DNA of 64,000 nt from an uncultured Clostridia bacterium (GCA_948735595.1 CAPXSA010000005.1:24325-88324), one strand, 5' to 3'. Counted from the stretch's first letter, positions 10,289 through 20,337 are shown. Numbers and translations: made by a program. Notes: generated by a model from the sequence alone, not told the origin.

Positions 10289-10641
10289 ATAATGTTTTAC
10301 AATACAAAGGATTTTGGACAAAGGTTAATTATGAAGAAGAAACTTCTACTTTTTGGGGAAAATTAGAGGATATTGAGGATTTAGTAAGTTTTGAGTCAAA
10401 TACAATAGAAGGATTAAAAAAGGAATTCAGAGATGCAGTAGAGGAACATATAAAGGAATGTGAGGAATTAAATAAAGACCCATATAAAAAATATAAAGGG
10501 AGTTTTAATGTACGTATAGAGCCAGAATTACACAGAAAAGCTACATTATTTGCAGAAAGTTTTAATATTTCGCTAAATCAATTTGTAGCTAAGGCAATTC
10601 GTGATGAAATAGAAGCTTGCGAAAGCAAAAGAGTTAAATAA
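10285..10641 (+). CDS. hicB: HicB-family antitoxin with a C-terminal RHH
   Basis: The YKGFWTKVNYEEETSTFWGKLEDIEDLVSFE N-domain is HicB-like, and FNVRIEPELHRKATLFAESFNISLNQFVAKAI is an RHH. GGGAGGG RBS before the ATG at 10285. Confidence 0.8.
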   Translation: MNNVLQYKGFWTKVNYEEETSTFWGKLEDIEDLVSFESNTIEGLKKEFRDAVEEHIKECEELNKDPYKKYKGSFNVRIEPELHRKATLFAESFNISLNQFVAKAIRDEIEACESKRVK

Positions 10642-10648
10642 AAATTAC

Positions 10649-10681
10649 AAGGGACGTAGAATGTAATATCCTACGTCCCTT
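10649..10681. terminator. Bidirectional terminator hairpin
   Basis: GGGACGTAG-11 nt-CTACGTCCC between convergent genes. Confidence 0.65.
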
Positions 10682-10690
10682 ATGATACCA

Positions 10691-11128
10691 TTAATTTATG
10701 ATATCTTTGAGGAATTCTAGTAGCTCAGTATCTTCTTGCTCTGTGTAACCAAGGACAATCTTTATGTCATTCTGGCTAAAAGTAATTATTGAATCGGTCT
10801 TTTTTACGGAACATGGCAACTGAAGAATAACTGTATTATTTTCAGCTTTGTAAGTCAGTGTATCTTCTCTCAGTGTGAGGGTATAAGATGGCGAAGTGAT
10901 GAAAGAAGAAATCAGTATTATCAACAAAAGAATGAATAATGCAATTATGAGAAGGCGAGAGAGGACTGTAAAGGTGGTAAGACTAAGCTGAAATGTACTT
11001 ACTATTGTGAAAATCAATGCAAGAACAACTAGGAATATAAATACCAATCCTAGTTCCAACAAGACTACCCTAGTAGAGAACTTTTTTCCTTCTTTCCGAA
11101 AGACCTTTTCTTCCTTAGAATTACACAT
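10691..11128 (-). CDS. Hypothetical membrane protein
   Basis: Start chosen at MCNSKEE, with AGGAGG 7 nt upstream. Two hydrophobic segments. In-frame CGG at 11096-11098 read as Arg (FRKEG). Confidence 0.6.
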   Translation of the reverse strand: MCNSKEEKVFRKEGKKFSTRVVLLELGLVFIFLVVLALIFTIVSTFQLSLTTFTVLSRLLIIALFILLLIILISSFITSPSYTLTLREDTLTYKAENNTVILQLPCSVKKTDSIITFSQNDIKIVLGYTEQEDTELLEFLKDIIN

Positions 11129-11367
11129 GATAATTCCTCCTGAAAATTTTTTTTGTACACAAAGTATGCGAATAACAGTATTATACCATACCTTATGTGA
11201 AATAGCAAATTTGAAAAAAATCATTTACAATAAAAAGTTGTTAGTATATAATATGAAACGATGGAAATAATAAAACAAAAGCAATTAAAATTTAGCATTT
11301 TTTAGGAGTGTTTTAATACAATAAAAAATGCATCAATTTTAAAAAAATACAAAAAGGAGATAAAAAA

Positions 11368-13977
11368 ATGGCAAAAGAAATTAGTGAAGAAGAGAAAAAT
11401 CGTATTCAAGATATGATTAATGGTCTAGTAGAAAGAGCAAAAAAAGCATCAGAAGAATATTTGAAATTGGACCAAGAACAAGTAGATGAAATCATAAAAC
11501 AAATGTCTATGGCAGGTTTAGAACACCATATGGAACTTGCTAAAATGGCAGTTGAAGAAACAGGTCGTGGTATTTATGAAGATAAAATTACAAAGAATAT
11601 GTTTGCAACAGAATATATTTATCATAGTATCAAATATGATAAAACAGTTGGTGTTATTTCTGAAAATGAAGAAGAAGGATATGAAGAAATTGCAGAGCCA
11701 ATTGGTATTATAGCGGGTGTTACACCTGTAACAAACCCAACATCTACTACTATGTTTAAGTCTATTATTGCAGCAAAAACAAGAAATGTTATCATTTTTG
11801 GATTTCACCCATCAGCACAAAAAAGCAGTAGTAGAGCAGCAGAAATTTTAAGAGATGCAGCAGTGAAAGCTGGTGCACCAGAAGATTGTATTTTATGGGT
11901 ACCAGAGCCATCAATTACAGCAACAACACTTTTAATGAATCACCCAGATGTTAATTTGATTTTAGCAACAGGTGGAAGTGGAATGGTAAAATCAGCATAC
12001 TCTTGTGGAAAGCCAGCATTAGGTGTAGGACCTGGAAATGTTCCTTGCTACATTGATAAAACAGCAAAACTAAAAACATCTGTTAATGACTTAGTGCTTT
12101 CAAAATCATTTGATAATGGAATGATTTGTGCTTCTGAGCAATCTGTTATTGTTGATAAAGAAATTAGTAAAGAATTTGAGAAATTAATGAAAGAATCTGG
12201 TTGCTATTTCTTAAACGCAGAACAAACACAAAAATTAAGAGATAGTATGTTTATCGAAGAAAAAGGATGTGCCTTAAATGCGGATATCGTAGGAAAAAGT
12301 CCTTATGATATCGCAAAAGGAGCAGGAATAGAAGTACCTCATGATACAAAAGTATTAGTATTAAAAGAAAACGGAGTAGGTATTGAATATCCATTCTCTA
12401 AGGAAAAATTAAGTCCAGTTCTTGCTTACTATATTGTAAAAGGTGCAGATGAGGGAATTGAACTTGCTGAAAAATTAATTGAATTTGGTGGATTAGGACA
12501 TTCAGCAGTTATTCATTCAGAAGATAAGGAAACTATTCGCAAATTCTCAGAACGAGTAAAAGTAGGAAGGATTATTGTAAATTCTCCATCTACTCATGGA
12601 GCAATTGGTGATATCTATAACACCAATATGCCATCATTGACTCTTGGATGTGGAACCTTTGGAGGAAATTCTACAACAGCAAATGTATCAAGTGTTAATC
12701 TAGTAAATGTAAAAAGAGTAGCAAAAAGGAGAGTTAATATGCAATGGTTCAAAATTCCTGATAAAATCTATTTTGAAGCAGGCTCTATTCAATACTTAGA
12801 AAAGATGCCTAATATTTCAAGAGCATTTATTGTAACAGACCCAGGAATGGTGAAATTTGGCTATGTAGACAAAATCTTATATCATCTAAGAAAAAGAAAA
12901 GGATATGTACATTCACAAATCTTTTCAGATGTAGAATCAGATCCATCATTTGAAACAGTATATAGAGGAGTAGAAATGATGAGAGGATTTAATCCTGATG
13001 TTATTATTGCATTAGGTGGAGGAAGTGCTATTGATGCTGCAAAAGGAATGTGGTTATTCTATGAACATCCAGAAGCAGACGCAGAGGGCATGAAATTAAA
13101 ATTCATGGATATTCGTAAACGTACGTATAAATTCCCAACCTTAGGTAACAAATCAAAAATGGTAGCAATTCCAACTACTTCTGGAACAGGTTCTGAAGTT
13201 ACTTCATTTGCTGTTATTTCTGATAAAGTAAACAACAAGAAATATCCTTTAGCAGACTATGAATTAACACCAGATGTAGCCATTATAGACCCAGACTTGG
13301 TAATGAGTTTACCACAAACAATTACAGCAGATACAGGTATGGATGTATTAACACATGCAATTGAAGCTTATGTTTCTAATATGGCATCTGACTATACAGA
13401 TGGATTAGCCGAAAAAGCAGTAGAATTAGTATTTAAGAATTTAAGAGAAGCATATAATCATGGAGATAACGCCCTTGCAAGAGAAAAAATGCATAATGCA
13501 AGTACTATTGCAGGAATGGCATTTACTAATGCATTTTTAGGAATTAACCACTCCTTAGCACATAAAATAGGAGCAGAGTTTCATATGCCACATGGAAGAA
13601 TTAATGCTATTTTGTTACCTTATGTTATCAGATATAATAGTAAAATGCCAAGTAAATTTGTATCATTCCCTAAGTATGAGTATTTTATAGCAGACCAAAA
13701 ATATGCAGATTTATCAAGAAGAATGAACTTCCCTGCATATGGAAATGAAGAAGGAGTTAACTCTTTAATTAAAGAGATTCAAAAATTAAATGAAGACTTA
13801 AATATTCCAAAATCTTTCCAAGAAGCGGGAATAGTAGAGCAAGAATTTTTAAGTAAAGTAGATATGTTAGCAGATAGAGCGTTTGAAGATCAATGTACTA
13901 CTGCCAATCCAAGACTTCCATTAGTAGAAGAGTTAAAACAGATTTTATTAGATAGTTACTATGGAAGAGAAGTTTAA
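11368..13977 (+). CDS. adhE: Bifunctional acetaldehyde-CoA / alcohol dehydrogenase
   Basis: 869 aa with an N-terminal ALDH domain and a C-terminal Fe-ADH domain ([10 protein letters not shown], HxxxH region). Confidence 0.96.
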   Translation: MAKEISEEEKNRIQDMINGLVERAKKASEEYLKLDQEQVDEIIKQMSMAGLEHHMELAKMAVEETGRGIYEDKITKNMFATEYIYHSIKYDKTVGVISENEEEGYEEIAEPIGIIAGVTPVTNPTSTTMFKSIIAAKTRNVIIFGFHPSAQKSSSRAAEILRDAAVKAGAPEDCILWVPEPSITATTLLMNHPDVNLILATGGSGMVKSAYSCGKPALGVGPGNVPCYIDKTAKLKTSVNDLVLSKSFDNGMICASEQSVIVDKEISKEFEKLMKESGCYFLNAEQTQKLRDSMFIEEKGCALNADIVGKSPYDIAKGAGIEVPHDTKVLVLKENGVGIEYPFSKEKLSPVLAYYIVKGADEGIELAEKLIEFGGLGHSAVIHSEDKETIRKFSERVKVGRIIVNSPSTHGAIGDIYNTNMPSLTLGCGTFGGNSTTANVSSVNLVNVKRVAKRRVNMQWFKIPDKIYFEAGSIQYLEKMPNISRAFIVTDPGMVKFGYVDKILYHLRKRKGYVHSQIFSDVESDPSFETVYRGVEMMRGFNPDVIIALGGGSAIDAAKGMWLFYEHPEADAEGMKLKFMDIRKRTYKFPTLGNKSKMVAIPTTSGTGSEVTSFAVISDKVNNKKYPLADYELTPDVAIIDPDLVMSLPQTITADTGMDVLTHAIEAYVSNMASDYTDGLAEKAVELVFKNLREAYNHGDNALAREKMHNASTIAGMAFTNAFLGINHSLAHKIGAEFHMPHGRINAILLPYVIRYNSKMPSKFVSFPKYEYFIADQKYADLSRRMNFPAYGNEEGVNSLIKEIQKLNEDLNIPKSFQEAGIVEQEFLSKVDMLADRAFEDQCTTANPRLPLVEELKQILLDSYYGREV

Positions 13978-13996
13978 AAGTAAATATTTTTTATAA

Positions 13997-14042
13997 ATTC
14001 CAGCTAAATAGATTACAATTTTGTAATCTATTTAGCTGGAAT
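13997..14042 (+). terminator. Long perfect hairpin after adhE
   Basis: ATTCCAGCTAAATAGATTACAA-tt-TTGTAATCTATTTAGCTGGAAT, a 22-bp stem, with only a short T tract following. Confidence 0.6.
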
Positions 14043-14098
14043 TTGCTATATTAAATGACTAAATAACTACACTAAATTTGGCATAATTAGGTAAAACA

Positions 14099-14127
14099 TT
14101 GACAATTTACATAAAAAGTTATATAAT
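14099..14127 (+). promoter_or_regulatory. Consensus sigma-A promoter (TTGACA-17-TATAAT) driving the Spo0A_C orphan, followed by palindrome ATTGGC-aag-GCCAAT
   Basis: Hexamers at 14099-14104 and 14122-14127. AGGAGAG RBS before the ATG at 14176. Confidence 0.7.
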
Positions 14128-14175
14128 AATCAACAGATTGGCAAGGCCAATTAATACAAAGAAGGAGAGATAAGC

Positions 14176-14679
14176 ATGTCTAATGAGCGGAAATTGGACC
14201 TGAGCAAGTCATTGATGGAGTTAGCTGAGGAGGGGTGGACTCTTCAGGAGGTACTTGAGGCAATCGGCCTTCAGCCGGTTGCCAAGCAGGAACCTGAGGA
14301 TCACGAGATGCCTGAGAAGGTGGAACTTACCAAACGGATTACCGGCATCCTCCAGGAAATCGGCGTTCCGGCTCACATCAAGGGATACCAGTACCTTCGG
14401 GATGCAATCCAAAGAGCGGTGGAGAACGGGAAGACCATCAACACCGTGACCAAGACCCTGTATCTTGCTGTGGCGAGGGAGTACCAGACCACCCCCTCCA
14501 GGGTGGAAAGGACCATCCGCCACGCTATCGAGGTTGCATGGAGCCGTGGCAATGTGGAAACTTTGGAGAGCTACTTTGGCTACACGGTTAACAGAAACAA
14601 GGGTAAGCCTGCCAACAGCGAGTTTATCGCATTGATCGCCGACAAGCTCCGCTTGGAGGGCTATGGCTCCGAGCAGTAA
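14176..14679 (+). CDS. Stand-alone Spo0A C-terminal (DNA-binding effector) domain protein lacking a receiver domain; strongly G+C-rich relative to the host
   Basis: [86 protein letters not shown] matches the Spo0A_C signature. Codon usage (CTG, GAG, CGG, GCC) is unlike the neighbouring genes. Confidence 0.85.
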   Translation: MSNERKLDLSKSLMELAEEGWTLQEVLEAIGLQPVAKQEPEDHEMPEKVELTKRITGILQEIGVPAHIKGYQYLRDAIQRAVENGKTINTVTKTLYLAVAREYQTTPSRVERTIRHAIEVAWSRGNVETLESYFGYTVNRNKGKPANSEFIALIADKLRLEGYGSEQ

Positions 14680-14698
14680 TTATCTTTTCCCGCAAAGG

Positions 14699-14726
14699 GC
14701 CCGAGCATTTGCTCGGTTCTTTTTTG
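14699..14726 (+). terminator. Intrinsic terminator of the Spo0A_C gene
   Basis: CCGAGCA-tt-TGCTCGG followed by TTCTTTTTT. Confidence 0.75.
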
Positions 14727-14816
14727 CCTTTTTTGAACAATCTTAATGATATACTTGTATTTTACGAAAAAAACGGATATAATAAGCACGAAGAAAAAGA
14801 GAGGAGTTGAACTAGA

Positions 14817-15101
14817 TTGCAAGTATCGAAGGAAGAATTATTACACATTGCAAATTTAGCAAGCTTAAAATTAAAAGAAGAAGAGATTGATAATTATTTG
14901 TTAAATTTACAAGATATTTTAAATTTTGCAAATATTGTTAGTAAAGCGCCAGTAGAGAATCTACCAGAAACAATTGGAGCAAATGATAAATATAATGTAT
15001 TTCGCAAAGATGAGATACAAGTATTTGAAGATAATGAATTATTAATTAGTAATGCACCAGAAGCAGAAAGGAATATGTTTAAAATTCCTAAGGTTCTTTA
15101 G
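14817..15101 (+). CDS. gatC: Asp/Glu-tRNA amidotransferase subunit C
   Basis: 94 aa with a TTG start after GAGGAG. The ..HIANLASLKLKEEE..NL..IL.F pattern is GatC-like, and gatA-gatB follow. Confidence 0.9.
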   Translation: MQVSKEELLHIANLASLKLKEEEIDNYLLNLQDILNFANIVSKAPVENLPETIGANDKYNVFRKDEIQVFEDNELLISNAPEAERNMFKIPKVL

Positions 15102-15120
15102 TAAATTATAATATGCAAAG

Positions 15121-15245
15121 AATATATAATATCGCTTGACCTTGCTGTCCGTTGCTTTCATATGTTAAAGACAAATAAAAGAAAGCAACGGAAGGCGCTC
15201 GGCTATGCCTCGCCTTGCGTGGTCTACGCTTTTATTATATATATC
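15121..15245 (+). repeat. Dispersed structured repeat, family 2, copy 1 (inside the gatC-gatA spacer)
   Basis: CCTTGCTGTCCGTTGCTTTC-loop-GAAAGCAACGGAAGGCGCTCGG..CCTCGCCTTGCG.GG.CTAC is nearly identical to 27959-28095. The 11-bp stem CCGTTGCTTTC/GAAAGCAACGG is conserved while the loop differs, and the flanks are AT-rich inverted repeats. Confidence 0.8.
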
Positions 15246-15285
15246 TTTACAAATAAAATATACAGAAAGAAAGGAGTATTTTAGC

Positions 15286-16764
15286 ATGAATATAACAAAA
15301 TTAACTGTGCATGAACTGAAAGAAAAGTTAGATAAAAAAGAATTAACTGTAGAAGAAATTGTCAAAGCTTATGCACAAAGAATAGAAGAAAAAGAAAAAG
15401 ATGTACAAGCTTTTATAACAACATTAACAGAAAATGCAGTAGAAAAGGCAAAAGAAATAGATGACAGAAAGGCTAAAGGAGAAACACAATCACCATATAG
15501 CGGAATTCCAATAGGAATTAAAGATAATATTTGTACAAAGGGTATTAAAACAACTTGTGCTTCTAAAATGTTAGCAAACTTTATAGCACCATATGATGCA
15601 ACAGTTATTGAAAAGCTAAATCAAGAAAATCTTATCTCACTAGGAAAACTTAATATGGATGAGTTTGCTATGGGATCTTCCACAGAATATTCGTACTTCA
15701 AAAAGACAAGAAATCCTTGGAATTTAAATACTGTACCAGGCGGATCTTCGGGTGGTGTAGCGGCAGCAGTAGCAGCTGATATGGTGCCTTGGGCGTTAGG
15801 GTCTGATACAGGTGGGTCTATCCGTCAACCAGCTAGCCTTTGTGGAGTAGTAGGGTTAAAGCCAACTTATGGTTTAGTATCTCGCTATGGATTAGTGGCT
15901 TTTGCGTCTTCTTTAGACCAAATCGGACCAATTACAAAAGACGTAGAAGACAGTGCCATTTTATTAAATATGATAACAGGACATGATGAAAAAGATTCCA
16001 CATCAGTAGAATTAGAAAAGAAAGATTATACAAAAGCACTCAAAAACGATGTAAAAGGTTTAAAGATAGGTATTCCAAAAGAATGGTATGGAGAAGGTCT
16101 TAATGAAGAAGTAAAAGCAAAGTTAGAGCAAGCAATTGAGAAATATAAAGAATTAGGAGCCATTGTAGAAGAATGCTCTTTAGATGTAGCAAATTATGCT
16201 TTAGCTACTTACTATATCGTTGCCTGTGCAGAAGCAAGTTCCAATTTAGGAAGATTTGACGGAATTCGTTATGGGTATAGAGCAGAGAATTACACTAATC
16301 TAAAAGAATTATTTAAAAATTCTAGAAGTGAAGGCTTTGGAGATGAAGTAAAAAGGAGAATCATTTTAGGTACTTATGTGCTATCTTCAGGTTATTATGA
16401 TGCTTATTACAAAAAAGCACAACAGGTGAGAACCTTAGTAAAGCAAAAATTTGATGAGGCTTTTGAAAAATATGATGTGTTATTAACTCCAACATCACCA
16501 ACAGTTGCTTTTGAATTTGGAGCAAAGTCAAATAATCCACTAGAAATGTACTTGGCAGATATTTGTACTGTTTCCATAAATATTGCAGGTCTTCCGGGGA
16601 TTTCACTTCCTTGCGGAGTAGATAGCAAAGGTATGCCAATTGGAATGCAATTAGTTGGAAATCGTTTCTCAGAAGAAACCATTTTAAATGTAGCATATAC
16701 TTATGAACAAGCAACAAAATTTAGAGAGCAATATAAACCAACATTTAGAGGGGGTGCTAACTAA
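15286..16764 (+). CDS. gatA: Asp/Glu-tRNA amidotransferase subunit A
   Basis: Start at MNITKLTV, with AAAGGAG 9 nt upstream. Amidase signature [24 protein letters not shown]. The longer track ORF from 15205 only reads through the repeat. Confidence 0.95.
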   Translation: MNITKLTVHELKEKLDKKELTVEEIVKAYAQRIEEKEKDVQAFITTLTENAVEKAKEIDDRKAKGETQSPYSGIPIGIKDNICTKGIKTTCASKMLANFIAPYDATVIEKLNQENLISLGKLNMDEFAMGSSTEYSYFKKTRNPWNLNTVPGGSSGGVAAAVAADMVPWALGSDTGGSIRQPASLCGVVGLKPTYGLVSRYGLVAFASSLDQIGPITKDVEDSAILLNMITGHDEKDSTSVELEKKDYTKALKNDVKGLKIGIPKEWYGEGLNEEVKAKLEQAIEKYKELGAIVEECSLDVANYALATYYIVACAEASSNLGRFDGIRYGYRAENYTNLKELFKNSRSEGFGDEVKRRIILGTYVLSSGYYDAYYKKAQQVRTLVKQKFDEAFEKYDVLLTPTSPTVAFEFGAKSNNPLEMYLADICTVSINIAGLPGISLPCGVDSKGMPIGMQLVGNRFSEETILNVAYTYEQATKFREQYKPTFRGGAN

Positions 16765-18203
16765 TGTCAAAAGAAGATTATGAAGTAGTTATTGGGTTAG
16801 AAGTACACGCAGAGCTTTCTACTAAGACTAAGATTTTTTGTAGTTGCCCAACTGAATTTGGAGCAGCACCAAATACTCACATTTGCCCAATTTGTACAGC
16901 AATGCCAGGAACACTTCCAGTATTAAATGAGAAGGTAGTAGAATATGCAGTAAAAGCAGGATTGGCAACAGGCTGTAGTATTGCAAGAGATAGCAAAAAC
17001 GATAGAAAGAACTATTTTTATCCAGACCTTCCAAAGTCTTATCAAATATCTCAATTTGATAAACCTTTATGTGAACATGGAGAAGTTGAGATAGAAGAAG
17101 AGGGAGAAAAGAAAAAAATAGGAATTACTAGAATTCATATTGAAGAAGATGCAGGAAAACTAAATCATAATGAATTTGGTGGGGGAAGCCTAGTAGACTT
17201 AAACAGAGCAGGAGTACCATTAATTGAAATTGTATCAGAGCCAGATATGAGGTCAAGCAAAGATGCAGAGAGTTATTTGAGAAAAATCAAGTCTATTTTA
17301 GAATATATTGAAGTTTCTGACTGTAAAATGCAAGAGGGCTCTTTAAGAGCAGATGTCAATGTCTCAGTTCGCAAAAAGGGATCTAAAGAGTTTGGAACAC
17401 GTACTGAAATGAAAAACATGAACTCTTTTAGGTCTATTGTAAGAGCGATAGAATATGAAGAGTCAAGACAAATTGAAGTCATAGAAGAAGGAGGCACTAT
17501 CACCCAAGAAACACTAAGGTGGGATGATGTATCAGGAAAAACTTTTTCTATGAGAGACAAAGAAGATGCACAGGATTATCGATATTTCCCAGAGCCAGAT
17601 TTAGTTGCTATTCGCTTATCAGAAGAATATATTGAAAATATAAAAAATAACTTGCCAGAACTACCAGAAAGTAGACGTGCTAGATATTTAGAAGAATATA
17701 AATTATCTGAAAAAGAGAGTAAGATGTTAACAGCATCTAAATATTTATCGAATATGTTTGAAGATGCTTTGACAATATGTGGCAACCCAAAAGCAGTAGC
17801 AAATTGGCTATTATCAGATGTATCTAGAATTTTAAATGAAAAAGAAATAGAACCAGACCAAATACCATTTACAGCTAATCAATTGGCTAAAATGATTGAG
17901 TTAATTGAAAAGGGAACAATTAGTTCTGCCATTGGTAAAAAGGTGTTAGAGGAGCTATTTGAAAATCCAAGAGATCCAGAAGAGATTATCAAAGAAAAAG
18001 GATGGATACAAATTTCTGATGAAGGAGCTATCAAAGAGGTAGTAACAAGAATATTAGAAAATAACCCACAATCTATCATAGATTACAAAGCAGGAAAAGA
18101 TAGAGCACTAGGCTTCTTAGTTGGTCAAGCCATGAAAGAGACCAAAGGAAAAGCAAATCCACAAATGCTAAATAAAATGTTCTTGGAAGAATTGAATAAA
18201 TAG
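16764..18203 (+). CDS. gatB: Asp/Glu-tRNA amidotransferase subunit B
   Basis: 479 aa, with GLEVHAEL..KIFC and a C-terminal GatB/YqeY domain. The start overlaps the gatA stop. Confidence 0.96.
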   Translation: MSKEDYEVVIGLEVHAELSTKTKIFCSCPTEFGAAPNTHICPICTAMPGTLPVLNEKVVEYAVKAGLATGCSIARDSKNDRKNYFYPDLPKSYQISQFDKPLCEHGEVEIEEEGEKKKIGITRIHIEEDAGKLNHNEFGGGSLVDLNRAGVPLIEIVSEPDMRSSKDAESYLRKIKSILEYIEVSDCKMQEGSLRADVNVSVRKKGSKEFGTRTEMKNMNSFRSIVRAIEYEESRQIEVIEEGGTITQETLRWDDVSGKTFSMRDKEDAQDYRYFPEPDLVAIRLSEEYIENIKNNLPELPESRRARYLEEYKLSEKESKMLTASKYLSNMFEDALTICGNPKAVANWLLSDVSRILNEKEIEPDQIPFTANQLAKMIELIEKGTISSAIGKKVLEELFENPRDPEEIIKEKGWIQISDEGAIKEVVTRILENNPQSIIDYKAGKDRALGFLVGQAMKETKGKANPQMLNKMFLEELNK

Positions 18204-18260
18204 TGTCAGGTTGGGGACGTTCCTTTTTCTGACAAAGTTGTCAGATTGGGGACACACCTT
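18201..18260 (+). repeat. Dispersed intergenic repeat, family 1, downstream-type copy C
   Basis: TAG-TGTCAGGTTGGGGACGTTCCTTTTTCTGACAAAGTTGTCAGATTGGGGACACACCTT begins at the gatB stop codon. It is almost identical to 43339-43398 at the proS stop. Confidence 0.8.
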
Positions 18261-18274
18261 AAATTAAATAACAG

Positions 18275-18313
18275 AAACAATTATAATAAGAAGATTATTA
18301 TAATTGTTTTTTT
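18275..18313 (+). terminator. Intrinsic terminator of gatCAB
   Basis: 13-bp stem AAACAATTATAAT/ATTATAATTGTTT followed by a T run. Confidence 0.8.
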
Positions 18314-18339
18314 ATATTTAATTTTTAGAATAAAGGTAC

Positions 18340-18367
18340 TTGACAAAATTCAAAAACATTGTATAAT
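18340..18367 (+). promoter_or_regulatory. Sigma-A promoter (TTGACA-16-TATAAT) of the GntR/ABC operon
   Basis: Hexamers at 18340-18345 and 18362-18367. Confidence 0.7.
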
Positions 18368-18387
18368 TGTATTAATGCATTAATACA
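18368..18387. promoter_or_regulatory. Perfect 20-bp palindrome TGTATTAATGCATTAATACA, likely the autoregulatory operator of the adjacent GntR/YtrA-type repressor
   Basis: Abuts the -10 hexamer, 16 nt upstream of the gntR-family start codon. Confidence 0.6.
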
Positions 18388-18402
18388 ATAAAAGGAGGAA
18401 TC

Positions 18403-18759
18403 ATGGATTGGAATTTTGAAAATGATAGGCCTATTTATATACAGTTAGTAGAAAAACTGAAACTTGCTATTGTAGCAGGTGAGTATCCAACAGGGGAGAG
18501 ACTGCCTTCTGTAAGAGATTTGGCAATGGAAATAAAGGCAAATCCTAACACAGTACAAAGAGCATTAGTAGACTTAGAACAAACAGGATTAATTTATACG
18601 CAAAGGACTAATGGAAAATTTGTGACAGAAGACAAAGAGTTGGTACAAAAGATTAGAGAAGAATTAGCAAAGCAAGCTTTTAACAAATTTCAAGAAAACA
18701 TGAAACAGCTAGGATTTGGAGAAGATGAAATGAAACAATATGTAATGAAACAAAAGTAA
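18403..18759 (+). CDS. GntR-family (YtrA subfamily) transcriptional regulator
   Basis: 118 aa. ..PIYIQL...I..G....GERLPSVRDLA....NPNTV.RA...L...G is the GntR wHTH pattern, and the short C-terminus is typical of YtrA. Confidence 0.88.
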   Translation: MDWNFENDRPIYIQLVEKLKLAIVAGEYPTGERLPSVRDLAMEIKANPNTVQRALVDLEQTGLIYTQRTNGKFVTEDKELVQKIREELAKQAFNKFQENMKQLGFGEDEMKQYVMKQK

Positions 18760-18775
18760 GGGAAGGGGAATGAAA

Positions 18776-19474
18776 ATGGAATTGGTAGAATGCAAAAACT
18801 TATCGAAAGATTATGGCATGAAAAAAGCTTTAGATAATGTTAGTTTTCAGATACCAGCAGGAAGAATTGTAGGACTATTGGGGAGTAATGGAAGTGGGAA
18901 AACTACTTTAATTAAAATGATCAATGAACTATTAGTGCCTACGTCAGGGGAGATATTAATTAAAGGAAAAAAGCCGGGTATAGAGAGTAAAAAGGTTATT
19001 TCGTATTTACCAGAAAGAAGTTATTTGCCTTATGATAAAAAGGTATCAGAGATAATAGCATATTTCAAAGACTTTTACAGTGATTTTAATGTGGAAAAAG
19101 CGTACCAATTATTAAATGAGCTAGGCATAAAGAAAGAAGATAAATTGAAACAAATGTCAAAAGGAACAAAGGAAAAAGTGCAATTGGTATTAGTAATGAG
19201 TAGAGAGGCTGACATTTACATATTAGATGAACCAATTGGTGGAGTAGATCCAGTTGCAAGGGACCAAATTTTAGACTTAATCTTAAAGAACTTTAAAGAA
19301 GGAGCAAGTCTTATCATTTCTACCCATCTAATTGCTGATATTGAGAAAATTTTAGATGATGTTATTTTTATTCATCAAGGAAGAATTTTATTAAATGCAA
19401 GTGCAGATGAGGTAAGAAACAAGTATCATTCATCTATCGAAAATGCATTTAAGGAGGTGTTTAAACAATGCTAG
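18776..19474 (+). CDS. ABC transporter ATP-binding protein
   Basis: Walker A GSNGSGKTT, signature MSKGTKEK and Walker B YILDEP. The ATG at 18776 is 7 nt after GGAAGGGG; the ATG at 18770 is also possible. Confidence 0.9.
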   Translation: MELVECKNLSKDYGMKKALDNVSFQIPAGRIVGLLGSNGSGKTTLIKMINELLVPTSGEILIKGKKPGIESKKVISYLPERSYLPYDKKVSEIIAYFKDFYSDFNVEKAYQLLNELGIKKEDKLKQMSKGTKEKVQLVLVMSREADIYILDEPIGGVDPVARDQILDLILKNFKEGASLIISTHLIADIEKILDDVIFIHQGRILLNASADEVRNKYHSSIENAFKEVFKQC

Positions 19475-20268
19475 GAAAGTTATTGAAATATGAAATGAAG
19501 TCACAGGGAAAAAGTTTATTTCTTTTTTGGATGGCAATTTTAGGATTAGGTTTATTAATAAGAATATTTAGTATGTTAGAAGAAGTAATGCCAGTATTTC
19601 AATATTTAACACCTATTTCCATATTCACCTTTGGTATTGCTATTGTACTTAGCCTTGTTTATTGTTTTTTCTTAGCCATTAAGAATTATTATAAAAAAGT
19701 GTTGAGAGAAGAAGGGTATTTGACTAACACTTTGCCAGTAAATAAAAGTAGTATTATCTTATCTTTTCTAATTACTGATGTGCTAGCCCTTATTGTAACA
19801 GTTGCATTTAGCTTTTTAGGTTTTTTCATTGCTTTTGGTACTGCAAGTGAAGAAGCAAAAAGTATGTGGGAAACATTTTCTATTTCATTAGAGAAAGAGT
19901 TTCATATGAGTATAGAGGCTATTAGAGGTATCCTTATAGCACTAATGTTAGTAGGATATGTTAATACGATTTCTTTATTTTATGCTGCTATGACAGTTGG
20001 ACATAGTTTTTCACAAAATAAAATACCAAGTTCTATTGGAGTAGGAGTTGCTTTTTATATGGGATTTCAACTTTTAAATGTAATAGAAATGGTGGTTATT
20101 TTCCTAAAGAACAAAATGGATTTCACAAATGCATTGGCAACTAACCAAGTACCATATGAATTAATTGGAATTATTTTACTAGAGGCGTTTATGGTATCTG
20201 TTATTTCAATGATTACGACTTATACATTTACGAATTACTTTTTGAACAGGAAGTTGAATTTAGAATAA
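19468..20268 (+). CDS. ABC-2-like permease / membrane protein of the YtrA-type operon
   Basis: 266 aa, multi-pass hydrophobic, translationally coupled to the ATPase. Confidence 0.75.
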   Translation: MLGKLLKYEMKSQGKSLFLFWMAILGLGLLIRIFSMLEEVMPVFQYLTPISIFTFGIAIVLSLVYCFFLAIKNYYKKVLREEGYLTNTLPVNKSSIILSFLITDVLALIVTVAFSFLGFFIAFGTASEEAKSMWETFSISLEKEFHMSIEAIRGILIALMLVGYVNTISLFYAAMTVGHSFSQNKIPSSIGVGVAFYMGFQLLNVIEMVVIFLKNKMDFTNALATNQVPYELIGIILLEAFMVSVISMITTYTFTNYFLNRKLNLE

Positions 20269-20298
20269 TTATTAAGAGAATTAAAAAGAATGTAATTT

Positions 20299-20328
20299 AA
20301 AAGCTAGCAATTTAATTTGCTAGCTTTT
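20299..20328. terminator. Bidirectional terminator
   Basis: AAAAGCTAGCAA-tttaat-TTGCTAGCTTTT between convergent genes. Confidence 0.8.
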
Positions 20329-20337
20329 GCTATATCG

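Noticed and set aside
15205-15285. Long N-terminal extensions of gatA (from 15205) and mcsB (28060-28137) in the ORF track.
   Set aside because: The extensions merely read through the family-2 repeat, lack an RBS, and are not part of the conserved proteins. Canonical starts with strong RBS lie at 15286 and 28138.
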